A stretch of 64,000 nucleotides of DNA from Bispira polyomma (taxonomy: Eukaryota). The stretch covers positions 25,854,001 to 25,918,000 of the forward strand of contig OZ287758.1 of NCBI GenBank assembly GCA_965649765.1. Direction: 5' to 3'. Below the pieces are notes generated by a model that did no database searches, was not told the DNA's origin, and saw only the letters and a list, made by a program, of their open reading frames with translations. A program made the translations under genes and the position numbers. Shown here piece after piece: positions 1 to 12,037 of this stretch; positions within the stretch are counted from its first letter, which is position 1; each line of letters begins with the position of its first letter.

Positions 1-27
1 AATCCCAGTTTATTTGTTTCCACTTAC

Positions 28-84
28 CTGATACACAGGGTACGGATCTTGGGAGACCTTTATCACCGGCCGATTCTTGAAAAA
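28..84 (-). CDS. Mucin cytoplasmic exon (FFKNRPVIKVSQDPYPVYQ); last exon visible, no stop codon yet
   Basis: attgttttacag| ... CAG|gtaagt; 57 nt, phase 0-0. Confidence 0.78.
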
Positions 85-99
85 CTGTAAAACAATAGT

Positions 100-345
100 A
101 TTGTATTGTAATATATATTTTAACACACTTTATTGATGTGAGGCGTCTTCTACAAGCACAACAACCAAATCAAACACCAAATCATATGTCCTACAACATA
201 GCCTGGGTCGTCATTAGTATTCAATGGCATGTTCACATCTTGCCCAAGGATGTAATCTCGCCACTGAACCTACCAGCATTAGCAGGAGTTGGACCGACCA
301 CCTTCCAACCACCAGACCAACTTCCTAATCACTTGGCCATGTGAG
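100..345 (-). mobile_element. tRNA-derived SINE; related copies at ~9915-10065(-) and 50690-50812(+)
   Basis: tRNA-like head with degenerate A/B boxes followed by shared body catccttgggcaagatgtgaacatg. Confidence 0.6.
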
Positions 346-1348
346 ACCAGCCTTTCAGTACTACAATAGAACCTCTGTCTGGATAGTAACCTGGTGTGTG
401 ATTTTATTTGGATAACAGAATTTTATTATATTAAATCAGTAGAAAATATTTTTTTTCAGAGAATATTTTCTTTAGTGATAGGGAAATATATACTTCTTCC
501 TCAATGATGAAAAAGTTAATACTACTAAGAATAGTTAACACTAATAAGAGTAAAGAATAGTAAGAATCGTAAAATTTTGACAAACGGATACTCAGGTTTT
601 CTTTGAAAGTTTTTGGATCTTTTTACTACAATGTGAAATAACGTTAATATAATTAAGTCATACATATGCTCGTTTCTGTGGGTAATTCATTTACATTGTG
701 CTAAAACAAATAAATCATATTTAGTTCAAAATTCAATCATTTATTCTGGATTATAGAAATTATTATTCAGTTTAAATCTTAAGTAGTGTTTACATCCATG
801 CATGCACGTCATCTCTATACGGTAAACCTTGACATCACTGAGGCAAGTTCACTTGTTTTACAAGAGATCGGTTTATAATGCAAATTTATTAATTTATTTT
901 GTTCAGGGTGTCAAGATACCACACACCCAAACTACTCAGTTACTCAATTATGAAAGTGCATATTTCTTAGAACTCCAGCCATCCTGTATCCATCAAAAAT
1001 CGCTCCTGCAGCTATTTTTGACAGGTACAGATATCACACCCGCCTGTATGGGTTCAATGAAGTTGGGTTTTATGTTGCTTTTCAACAGCTTAGGTCAGAA
1101 TAGCCATTATCAATCGTGAAAGAAACCACCAGCTGAAAAATTTTCCCACACAAACATGATTAAAACCCCACATTTGTGAGAGAGGCAAGTGATTGTGAAG
1201 CAGGTGCTTCTCTAACTAGTAGACCCTACGGATGTAAAGAAACACCCTGAAAGAGATATATAAAGAGCAAAAAAATTGTAAACATGTACAGATGAAATGT
1301 ATGGATGGCTGTGACATATACATATGGAAACAAGCCATTGAAACTTAC

Positions 1349-1459
1349 ATCAGTCGTAGAGTCAACGTTTTCTAAATCAGGATTAAAGTTCTTGTAGGCG
1401 TCTGTCTTCATTATGTCACTGTTACGCATCTTGAAGCGAATCGAATTTGGATCAGCATA
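1349..1459 (-). CDS. Mucin cytoplasmic exon (YADPNSIRFKMRNSDIMKTDAYKNFNPDLENVDSTTD)
   Basis: cttttctctaccacacag| ... GAT|gtaagt; 111 nt, phase 0-0. Confidence 0.82.
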
Positions 1460-3755
1460 CTGTGTGGTAGAGAAAAGCAACAGGTTTATGGTACATGTTT
1501 GTAAACAGAAAAGTCAAAAAGATTTCTAAAACTTTAAATATATATTATGTAATTATAGATAAATAATATACCTCATCAGAAGATCTCTAGATTTCATTAA
1601 ATTAGAAGTGGTGACAATTAAAAATTAAAAAAAAAAAATAACGGTTTTGTAAAAATCTTACAACAACAGAACATATAGAAATCAAAATATAAATAAATTA
1701 ATTTTTTACCAAAGTCAATTAACTTTCATTACATTGACCTCTAGGGTTACGGTTATTAGGGTTATTTGGAGTTAGGGTATTAAGGGTTAGGGCTATTTAG
1801 CGTTGTTTGAGGTTAGGGTGATTTGGGGCGAGGCTTACTAAAAGGTTAAAGGTCAAATCTCCAAGCTTATGAATTCTCTATAATGACATACATCACCCTA
1901 GAGTTCACCAACCTCCATTCCATTGACCTCTAGGATTACAGTTATCGTCAGGGGGTGCAAGTATGATGTCATGAAAGGCGCAAAACAAATCACAATTTAC
2001 CAGCGTATAATGCTACACTATAAATTACTTGCACATGCCCGTCGATGTCCTAAACCTTATAGTTTGGTCCTATTTAAAAATCACTACATGACTGTTTTGA
2101 CAAATAAGTGTGGCCTAAGTGGCAGGCCTTTTTTGTAGATTTGTCTCTGACACGACATTTTGATATAATACATTTTAAGTAATATTTGTGTTACCTTCTG
2201 GCCCTAACACGTCACAGAGACTTCACTCACATGTAACAAATGTAGATTTATGGTCACTAATGTTGCGCTAACATGCCACAAATCCACAATTATAGTCACT
2301 TTTCTGTCGCTGACATTTAGAGCGAAAATGAGACCTAACCTTGACCTTACACCTCTAGCTTGAAGGGCTGTTTGCTAACACGATATAATCAGGCTCTACC
2401 TCAACTACCCCACTAGACACACCGCCAACACTTTACTGCAGTTTTCAACGAAACAAAATACAACAATCATGAAATATTAAGTTGTGTAAATCAAATAATC
2501 TTGTATATCCTAACAACAAGAAATTAGTACCAAGGAACCGAACCTCTTGATGGAGTACCCTTCTAGTTTGTCGTGTTTTGCCCCCACAAGGCTCATACGT
2601 TTCTTAGTAAGCATTTCCAAGCAGGCAATTTTTTTAGGCGACTAGCCGACAACAATTCTATCACTTGCATTGATTTATAAGCAAGTATTTAAATGTAAGC
2701 AACACCGACGGGCGGATTCTTTATTAATAACTTAGAAATTAGAGCAGGATCAAATTTCCTGAAAATATAGTGAGAAAGCTCATTTTATTGGGTTTAATGT
2801 GCTTTTTGTTGCATCAAAATCGGTTGAGAAATGGCTAAAATTTATTTCAGTTTAACTACGGGTATTAATTTTTCCTAAATAATTCTATGGACACATAAAA
2901 TTACTGATTGTTTGAAACTGTTTAAAATAATCCTGAAATAATCCTGACAGAGCTCTCCATTTTTGAGGACGTCTCCACTCGTCTCTACAAGTATCATAAT
3001 GTAGCATAACATAGCATGATATAGCAGTAAGTAGTGAGATTGTCTCCACTCGTCTGTATTCGTCGTAGAACGTTTCACTAGGTATCATAACGCAGCGAAC
3101 GCACCAGTGAGCAGCAGTACATAGTAGGACGTCACTTCGACACAAAACTACCCTGTTTTTAGTTATATTGCTTTGCTACCTTGTGGGACGATAGCACGTG
3201 TATGCGGGACTGGGCTATTAGAACTTGTGTGATCTTACCAGAACTGGAGAGAACTGGAGAAAACATTACATAAACTGATCATAAACGGGGCTGAAAGAGG
3301 GGTAAATTGCGACATAAAAGGGGAAAGCAATTCTATGCAAATAAACGTTTTCCCGTCTTTTCTCTCCCGATCAGCCAAGCTCTTTAGGTCTCGATTAAAT
3401 GGCTAGTCGGGGTGATGCCAGGGCGTGAACTTGGAGAGTGTGAACCCCCCCCCCCCCCAACTGACAGATATTCTGCCGTAGTTGCTCAAATGTTCCTAAG
3501 ATTTTATTTTACTAGGATGTTTTTCCTCTGCCAAGGAAGTTATGTTTTGCCTGTCTTGATTTTATGACAGGATTTGACAAAAATTGCTGAACCAGAATTT
3601 AATATTTTCACTTTTTTTTTCACTGTGGCATCTTGGCAGAGATTCAAGTAATTTATTAATTTACTATATTCATGTTATATTATAGTGACATGCATAAAAA
3701 CACAGTGTAAATTCCAAAAGATACCCAGCCCTCCTCCATCAATAGGTTTATATAT

Positions 3756-5114
3756 GTGTCATTTTTATCAGGCCTTTGCTATATCTCTAAGTTGGTAGAA
3801 CGCGCGGTTGCCTTACAGATCAAACAACATGTTGACGTCAGCAATCTGTCCAATAAGTATCAGTCAGCGTACAAAAGTGGTCATTCTACTGAGACTGCAC
3901 TTCTCTGCATCAAAAATGATGTTTATACATCTTTATCCAAAGGTATGCCTACTGCCTTAGTACTGCTGGATCTGTCAGCAGCCTTTGATACTATTGATCA
4001 CAAAGTTCTTCTTGAGTGCCTATCGTCCTGGTTCGGTATCAGCGGTATGGCGCTTAAGTGGTTCACGGCATATTTATCTGATAGATTCCAATCAGTTAAA
4101 ATTGGCAATATCTTATCCGACCCAACATGGTTAAAATTTGGTATTCCCCAAGGTTCCGTCCTGGGTCCCATTTTGTTTTCCATGTACACCACTCCACTCA
4201 GCAAGATTATTGCTGCATACAAAAACATAAACTTTCACTTCTATGCTGATGATACCCAACTGTACATCCACCTTACACCTGACTCTGCCCAGGTAGCTTT
4301 CACTTCCTTACAGAACTGCCTTGTTGATGTACAACACTGGATGGCAGCAAATAAACTCAAGCTGAACCCTGAGAAGACTGAGTTTATTTTGTTTGGCTCC
4401 AAGTCGCAACGGGAAAAATTGTCCAGCTGTTTTCCACTCGAGATTCTTGGCAGCAGGTTTTTTCCAGCTGACAAAATACGAAACCTGGGTGTGGTGTTCG
4501 ACTCTGAATTTTCCTTCTCGAACCATGTCGCATCGGTGTGTAGATCATGTTTTGTTGGCCTCCGTGATTTCAGGCGGATTCGACGCTATCTTTCAAAATC
4601 CACTGCAATCACTGTTGCCAATGCTTTGGTCAGCAGCAGGCTTGATTACTGCAACTCTCTGTTCCGTTCCTTATCTCGTAGTGATCTCAGACGCCTTCAG
4701 AATATCCAACACTCCTTGGCACGTATTGTGACCAAAACATCTAAATTTTCCCACATTACTCCTGTACTGAAGTCACTGCACTGGCTCCCAATAAAATATT
4801 GTGTTGCTTTCAAAACAGCAACAATAATATATAAATTTCTAAATTCTGGATTACCCACTTATTTTAGCCCCCATCTATCCAAATATACATGCTCAGTCAG
4901 GACTAGGCGCAGTAACCCTGATAAATTATACCTTAACATTCCCACTTTCGACCCTCGCATCCACAAATCCAAAGTTCAGTTCAATCACTGCCTAGCTCAT
5001 GATGGCCCCCTCATTTGGAACAGCCTACCTGATCATGTTCGTTTGGCTCAAACTTTCTCCTCTTTCAGGAGTAAGCTGAAGGCCTATCTTTTTGAACAGG
5101 CTTTTCCACCTTAG
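3756..5114 (+). CDS. LINE ORF2 fragment: reverse transcriptase and C-terminal domain (no endonuclease, no true start)
   Basis: 452-aa open frame with YADD. Confidence 0.88.
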   Translation: MSFLSGLCYISKLVERAVALQIKQHVDVSNLSNKYQSAYKSGHSTETALLCIKNDVYTSLSKGMPTALVLLDLSAAFDTIDHKVLLECLSSWFGISGMALKWFTAYLSDRFQSVKIGNILSDPTWLKFGIPQGSVLGPILFSMYTTPLSKIIAAYKNINFHFYADDTQLYIHLTPDSAQVAFTSLQNCLVDVQHWMAANKLKLNPEKTEFILFGSKSQREKLSSCFPLEILGSRFFPADKIRNLGVVFDSEFSFSNHVASVCRSCFVGLRDFRRIRRYLSKSTAITVANALVSSRLDYCNSLFRSLSRSDLRRLQNIQHSLARIVTKTSKFSHITPVLKSLHWLPIKYCVAFKTATIIYKFLNSGLPTYFSPHLSKYTCSVRTRRSNPDKLYLNIPTFDPRIHKSKVQFNHCLAHDGPLIWNSLPDHVRLAQTFSSFRSKLKAYLFEQAFPP

Positions 5115-5272
5115 CCGTCGCAACCATCTACGGTAGTCTCCCTGGTTACGACTTCCATCCGCCCACTATTTTTGATTTGCGATTAACGTTTTGGGTTTGT
5201 TGCGCCTTAGAATTTGTTGTACAAAGATTAAGCGCTATAAAAGTACGACTAGATTAGGTTAGATTAGATTAG
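3768..5272 (+). mobile_element. 5'-truncated non-LTR retrotransposon (L2 clade, CR1 group), intronic and antisense to the mucin
   Basis: RT motifs QSAY, LDLSAAFD, GIPQGSVLGP, YADD and LNPEKTE; L2-type C-terminal SRLDYCN and HITPVLKSLHWLP; short 3'UTR ending in a (TTAGA)n tail. Confidence 0.92.
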
Positions 5273-5879
5273 AAAAATGTATACATACATATTATTTATT
5301 GTTTCATTTTAAATTTTCTCTCGTTCCAAATTTGATTCAATGTACAGAAAATGCAGTGAAGAAATCAGGGGAAGTACTGAGACAATGACAATTGCTAAAC
5401 CAATTAATGACAATTAACAGTAGGTGTCATATGGGTAATACAAATAATAGACAAACAATAGACACACTTGAAATGTTATTATTTTAATTATATCAATAAT
5501 CCTTATGTGTTGTATACTTCAGTACTTTAGTAACTTTACCAATAAATACATTTCCAAACCTTTTGACACCCATGTACTACCCCTAATAAGGAAATATTAC
5601 ACTGATAATACACTAATAATACATATTAAGCTAGTAAAAAACATTAGATTTTAATGTAGTGTAGGGTAAACAAAACAAAAAAATTATTGGTGTGGTCAAG
5701 TTTAAATTTTACCCAGGCATACAACATTTTAATTATTGCAATTACTATGATATTCCATGTATGAATTATTGCTTTGAACCATGAATGGAAAATGCTTTAA
5801 CAAGAAATAAAAAAGGTTCAATTTTAAGGTTGTTATCCATACTTTTACTGCATACATAAAATTCAATGAAATATTTAAA

Positions 5880-6126
5880 ATTTGCCTCAATCTAAAATTT
5901 TAATTTCCCCTATTTTAGTCTCACCTAGGCGAAATCAAAATTTCAATTTGGTCTAAGCAGATTTTAAATCCGCCCAGGCGAGATTAAAATTCTGTTAGAC
6001 AAACTTGGAAATTTTAATTCCACATAGGCGAGATAAAAATTTTGATTTTGCCTAGGCGAGATTAGAATTTTAATCTCGCCTAGACGGATTTAAAATCCGC
6101 TTGGATTTTAATTTGGCCTGTGACAT
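5880..6126. mobile_element. Partial MITE with palindromic cgcctaggcg subrepeats
   Basis: Repeated cctaggcgagatt motifs in both orientations; ends ctgtgaca|ta; left end not found. Confidence 0.45.
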
Positions 6127-6357
6127 ATATATAACAACCTGCTTTGAAGTATTTTCCGTGCTGTGAAAAAATTTCTCTTCAACTGTTAAACTTAAATCAT
6201 ATAAAGTCAGTCCCCTATAAGTAGAACAAATATCTATTGACAAAGATATAATCTAGCTTGTTATGTGGAAATCCTGCTTATGTACAGCTATTTTCTCCTG
6301 GTGCTTTGGGGTTTGGACTTAAAGGGATTCAACAATATTTAATTTTCATTTGCTTAC

Positions 6358-6469
6358 CCATGGATATTCTGAAGCAGTGGCTCCAGCAATGTCAGTAGAA
6401 GTCTGATCACTCAGAAAATCAGCTCCACTCGAAATAGTTCCATCTTCTATGGAACCAGTAACAGCATAT
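6358..6469 (-). CDS. Mucin cytoplasmic exon (YAVTGSIEDG...ASEYPW)
   Basis: atatttttag| ... TGG|gtaagc; 112 nt, phase 2-0, open frame. Confidence 0.82.
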
Positions 6470-7035
6470 CTAAAAATATTGTATTTTTAATGAAGTCACC
6501 AGGAGAGCTAGATCTAGAGCTTTCTTAATTGCTACCCCTATGTTATGGAAAAGTCTTTCCAGTTGAACTTCGATATCACTGAAGATACTTTCTGGGTTAA
6601 GGAAAAAGCTTAATACTGATCTTTTTAAATTTACTTAAGCCCCCTTACTTCCCTCCCTGTGTAGTATACCCATCATTCTTGACTTCTCGATTAGTTAACT
6701 GATACTGTGATTAAGATGATGCCTAGCATTAATATTTAGGGGCGTAGCCACCGTTATGTCAGTACGCCCAGGCGTACTAATTCAATTACAAGAAAAAAAT
6801 CAATTTGAAAAAAAAAAAAAAAATCTTATTATTCTGTTCGTTTCAGTAGTTACATAGATTCATAGATTCGTGTTATTAAATAATTTTTGTTTGGTATCTC
6901 CCAACTAAACCAAAATATTATGTCCCCCCCCCCCCCCCCCCCCCCCCCCAATTTAATTTTTGGTAGGCCAAAAACAACATAATATTTTGTTTTAACTGGG
7001 GAGTACCAAATGCAAAATACAATAATTACACTCAC

Positions 7036-7206
7036 CGATCAGATGGTTTGTTGTCCGGGTTTTGTTTTTTTCGGGACTTGACAAACACTAACACTAGGAT
7101 GGCCACCAGTACTGCTATAATTACTAGAGAAAGACCACCTAATAGACCCATGAGTACAGAAAACTCAGAGCATTGACTGCCCAGGTAGACATAGTCATCG
7201 TGACAC
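7036..7206 (-). CDS. Mucin EGF end plus transmembrane exon (CHDDYVYLGSQCSEFSVLMGLLGGLSLVIIAVLVAILVLVFVKSRKK...)
   Basis: ttttcctttcag| ... TCG|gtgagt; 171 nt, phase 2-2; long hydrophobic helix followed by the basic stop-transfer KSRKK. Confidence 0.92.
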
Positions 7207-7239
7207 CTGAAAGGAAAACACAGATACATATACAGTCAA

Positions 7240-8030
7240 TTATATAGAACCAGAAAGGCCGCCCACTAGACCCATGAGTAGAGAAAACTCAGAGCACTGA
7301 CTGCCTAGGTAGACATAGTCATCGAGACACCTGAAAGGAAAACACAGATACATATAATATTAAGAATTAAAACATTTATAAGACGCCAAATTAATGAGAA
7401 AATCCTCTAAAGCGCTGATATCCCAAAAGGGGAAGTCCAGGGGCAAGGAAAACGTCGTTACCAGAAAGCATCCACCAAGGGAAGAGTATACAGTCAATAA
7501 TACAATCACAGAGAGGCCAGGCACTAAACCCATCAGTAGTGAGAACTTTGAGTGCTGAGTGCCCAGGAGCCGTATTCTTGAAAGATCGCCGACTCAACTC
7601 TGAATCAAGCTCAAATCTGATGTCTCTGGATAGGGTGAAGTTTTAGGTGAAATCTGGCAGCATATTTGAGTTCAGCGCTAAAAGCTCTATTAAAATGAAT
7701 GGGTCACAAGTGTAGGTTTAATTTATGTACATTGACTTTCATACCGTCTTCATTTGAACTGAGCAGGTATTGTTTTGGATATTACAGGTCCATGTGGATA
7801 TAGGCATCAAAACACCTAAAAGGTAGACAGAGATATAGTATTAATACCCAATCCATCGGTAGACTGAAGATAGAGCACTGGCTGTCGAGGTAGACATAGG
7901 CATTAAAACACCTGAAAGGTAGAGACTGGTATAGTATTATTACCCACTAGACCCATCAGGAGACAGAGAAATTAGAGCACTGAGAACCCAGGTATTCAAA
8001 GGCACCAAAATACATAAAAAGTATAGTCAT
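7240..8030 (-). repeat. Tandem partial duplicates of the TM-exon acceptor and 5' half
   Basis: Near-identical copy 124 bp upstream (starts 7330); more diverged copies near 7490-7567, 7815, 7911 and ~8010. Confidence 0.85.
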
Positions 8031-8689
8031 ATACAATGTAACTTTTATATAAAGACCACCTAAGGTAACACCTAAAAGTTGTCTCTATTGACAGGTGGTC
8101 TTTATATGGAAATTGAATGTTATTAGACGTTAGTGTTGGTAAGTGAAAGACTGGGGCGATACTCTCAAAAAGTGCTAAGTCTGGACATTGTCTTTAATCT
8201 AGCACAAAAAATAGTATACTCGATCTAAGACAAAGTCTCTGCTTTAGCCTTTTTTGTGATTACCACCCCTGGTGTTTATACAAGGGTGGTCTCTCTATAT
8301 AGAGTCAATTGTACACAGACAGAGAGAGAGAGAGAGAGAGAGGCCAGGCTGGTGTTGTTAGTCACCAAAACACCTGAATTATATCACATCCCACATATGG
8401 TATTGTACAGGGAAGATGTGCAAATTGCAGATGCGAATAGAAGACTCTACAAGTGTGTTGTATAAGATCAGTGAGAACTAGAACTGTCTGTAAAGCACGA
8501 CAAATAGAACCCCCCCACCCCCTTGCATGTATATCTAACTGGATACTGAAAAACACACAGTGATATAAATGTAATATTATAAGTGTATATTAAGTATGAG
8601 CTTAGGTTGTCTTAATCACAGGATCATTGTCGTATACAAGTCTGTGGAGCAATAGTTGTCTAGGAATGACCCAAGGCCATAAAGTAATG

Positions 8690-9175
8690 CAAGAGTTTAA
8701 GGTAACCTTAAGCTAGAGATTGCCATCTGATGTAAGTCTGACCACCAATTTTGAATAAAACAGGAGCAAGAGTTTGTGAATGGTGATCCAAGATGCATAC
8801 ATGTACATTTTTAAACCTTAAGTGGCTGTCATTCACTTAATGTATAAGTTTAAGGTAATTCTAATTTACCTAAACTAGGGATAACCTTCTAATGTAAGTC
8901 TTACCCTGTACCAACTTTGAATCAAATAAGAGCAATAGTTTGGTAACAGTGCCCCAAGATGCCTACACACGCGCATTTTGTAACCTTAATGTGTCTGTGA
9001 TTCACTTAAATGTATGAGTTTTAAGGTCACCTTACTGTAGGGAAACTCATATGTTGTACGACTATCCCTGTACCAACTTTTAAAGATACATGAGCGATAG
9101 TTTTGTCAATAGTCTCCCATGAAAGATTAGACAGACGGACAGATGAACAACCCGATTCCAGTATACTCTTTGGTA
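8690..9175 (+). mobile_element. HINE/Helentron-like non-autonomous element
   Basis: Three ~155-170-bp core repeats (agtttaaggt at ~8694, 8848, ~9018), then a GACA/GACG microsatellite and caacccgattccagtatac. Confidence 0.6.
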
Positions 9176-10059
9176 TTAATATAGAGGTGGTCTCTTTTTA
9201 TAGAGAGGTGGTCTCTCTATAGAGGTGGTATTTCTATAAAGGTGGTCTCTCGAGCAGATTTAACTGTATTTGCCCCTGATTCCTTGGAGTTTTGACTTAA
9301 AGAGATACATGTGCATTTCTATGCTGAATCCACGACAAAAAAATGAACTTATAAAGAAGCTATACATATTGACCTAGTGGTGATCTGTACTGCTATTATA
9401 TGTTAATGTTATTGTGCAACTTATAGGGAGATTAATGATACTTGATGGTTCAAAGTACCTGCTTTGAAATGATACTCACAGACACTGAATCAGTCTCTTC
9501 AAGATACAATTAAGACATTTGCGTCTTTGACATTAGACAACAATAGTATGCTACCTTGAAGCACCATATTTTCTGTAACAAAGGTCCCCACTCTAATTAA
9601 AGCCACCCTCTCACCATTTTAGGATCATTATACATCATGTAATATTACTATCTAGGCACTATACTAAAATCACTAACTATTGCTTTCAGACGGTGTTGGT
9701 AATGTTAAAATAGTGACCTGGCAAAGTTCTGGCTTGGCCATTTTGTGAATACCGCCCCAGTGTTAGATAATTATATGACAATGTAGATCAGTATGAACAT
9801 TTCATTAATTTCTGATTAAGTACCTTTAGCTATTCTGTGGATAGTTCAATGTTTAATACATACTACATTGATTTTGTTTCAATATGATATATACGCAATA
9901 TATATATATACGCAACAGTCCCACAATGTAGCCTTGGTCATCATCAGCAGGCAGTGGCATGTTTACATCTTGCACAAGCATGTTATCCCCTAATGAACCT
10001 AGCAGCTTTAGCGGGAGTGAAACCAGGGACCTTCAAATCACCAGGCCAACTTTCCCAAT

Positions 10060-10460
10060 GGAGAGTCAAACAAGGGAACCTTTTGATCACCAGACCAACT
10101 CCTACAACTGAGAGTTAAACCGAGGACCTTCTGATCCCCAGACAAACTCCTCCAACAGAAAGTCAAACAAGGGACCTTCTGATCACCAGACCAACTCCTT
10201 CAACTGGTTGTTGAACCAAGGACCTTCTGATCACCAGACTAACTCCTACAACTGGATGTTTAACCGAGGACATTCTGTTCACCAAATCAACTCCTCCAAC
10301 CAGGTGTCAAACCGAGGACCTTCTGATCACCAGATCAACTCCCCCAGCCAGGTGTCAAACCGAGGACCTTCTGATCACCAGATCAACTCCCCCAACCAGA
10401 TGTCAAACCGAGGACCTTCTCATTACCAGATGAACTCACCAACTCGGATTCAAACTGGAG
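10060..10460 (-). repeat. ~48-bp minisatellite (~8 copies) made from the tRNA-like head of the adjacent SINE
   Basis: Unit aaccgaggaccttctgatcaccagaccaactcctccaac...; 16-aa period in ORF 10208..10540. Confidence 0.8.
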
Positions 10461-11329
10461 AAACTAAAAAGCCCTGGTGGCTTCTGTTACAAAAAGTACA
10501 GTGTTTATTTAACAAAAGACAGCACAATGAATCTCTATGATACTTACTGTGTATACTGAAAGTGTCCTTAAGTGTGTACTTGTAGTAAGATGTAGCACAA
10601 GGGTCAAGGGCTTTATATCTGTTGCAATGTTACAATACCCAGTGTGGCCTAGCCCTATATACGAGATGTATATAATATAGGGATAGATGTATCCCTATAT
10701 ACTAGGTTGAAACTGGTAGATATACACATACTCCTGTCAAAGATATCAAATGTTTTAAGTGTAAAGATAAAGTAGAAGATGAATACCATGTTGTTTGTAT
10801 GAATGTGACTTCTCCTCCATGCAAAGATTACAGTTGCATCAATTATTGCAAAAATAAATAAATGATTTCAGTTTAATTTTAGGAGAAGAAAAATTGATAA
10901 AAATTATGCAACTTAATTCTAGACCACTATATATACATATCTATATTGAAAAAGCATGGAATATAAGAAAAGCTGAAGCTTATTCCTAAAAGTAATTAAT
11001 GATTATATTTTCTCTGTATTTTCACCACACACTTTATTGAATGACCTATAAGTGACTTCTAAGCTCTCTGGTGGGCTGGGTATATTGTATCTGTTTTCAC
11101 ATTTATTGTATGTTATTTAGGTTTATATACATATCACTATAATAAATCAATTGAATTGAAAATATAAAAAATAGGTCTGCTCTAGTGGTCCAAACATTCT
11201 CTCTATCAGGGTTTTATCTGAAATCGTAAGACAGAACATGAAAACAGAACTAAATTAACTTATCATACATTTTAACACCATGTAATCTAGTTAAGAGCTA
11301 CTGTCTCGAGGAAGTTGATGCAATCAGAA

Positions 11330-11620
11330 TATCAGAAGGCTAGATCCAGAGCTTTGTCCAGAGCAGCCCCCATGTCATGGAACCGTCTCCCAGTTGAACT
11401 CAGATCACTAGAAACACTTTCTGGTTTTAGGCAAAGAACCTATACTTTCAAGCTCATTAATCCCCATTAATTCCCTCCATGTACAGCCCCACATCCTTCC
11501 TTACGACCATGGATATGTTTTTGGGACTTTGCGATTGCTTAGTTTATTCTGTTGTTCCGCTTGAGAAGATGCCTCGCCTCAATAAGGTGTGTTAAAGATT
11601 GAAAATACAATACAATACCA
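11330..11620 (+). mobile_element. L2-type 3'-end relic ending in (CAATA)n; related copies at ~6500-6730(+), 14790-14960(-), 17945-18160(-), 18250-18410(+), 50815-51330(-), 58785-58860(-), 61630-61940(-)
   Basis: Encodes SRALSRAAPMSWNRLPVELRS, like an L2 ORF2 C-terminus; the copies share the tail ttctgttg..gc..gagaagatgcc...tcaataa. Confidence 0.65.
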
Positions 11621-12037
11621 CTATGAATATTGCATATTGTTAGGATCTTATGGCACTTCGGAGGTGATTTAGTTAGACTATTAGATTACTTTTATTCAGA
11701 ATTTCAGCGATGAGAAGTTATTATTTAAGCATTTAATTATTAACAAAAGGTTCATTTGTAATAAACAATTGTTTCCATACACATTTCCAGCTCATGTACT
11801 AAAATTAATTTCTGGCAAAAGCTGCGACTAATACTGTAATTGCATTCACATAATATGACAAATCAAAATATTTTCCTTGACAACAGAACTAATTATAACT
11901 ACAAGTTACAACAATTTACTGCTTTATTATCAATTTATCACTGAAATAATGATCACTAAATGTTATGTGGTCGTTCAAAATGACAAGAAATTGATTTTCT
12001 GATGGGAGACACACCCTGTGTTTTATATCACTAAAAT

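Noticed and set aside
1735-1830. Telomere-like TTAGGG words
   Set aside because: Few, dispersed and degenerate; probably part of an interspersed repeat.
10208-10540. 110-aa repetitive plus-strand ORF
   Set aside because: Translation of the 48-bp SINE-derived minisatellite.
10548-10618. Candidate minus-strand exon (RYKALDPC...H) with a GTAAGT donor
   Set aside because: Weak acceptor; phase 2-1 has no downstream partner; it would break the CRC EGF motif formed by the 15890^7206 junction.
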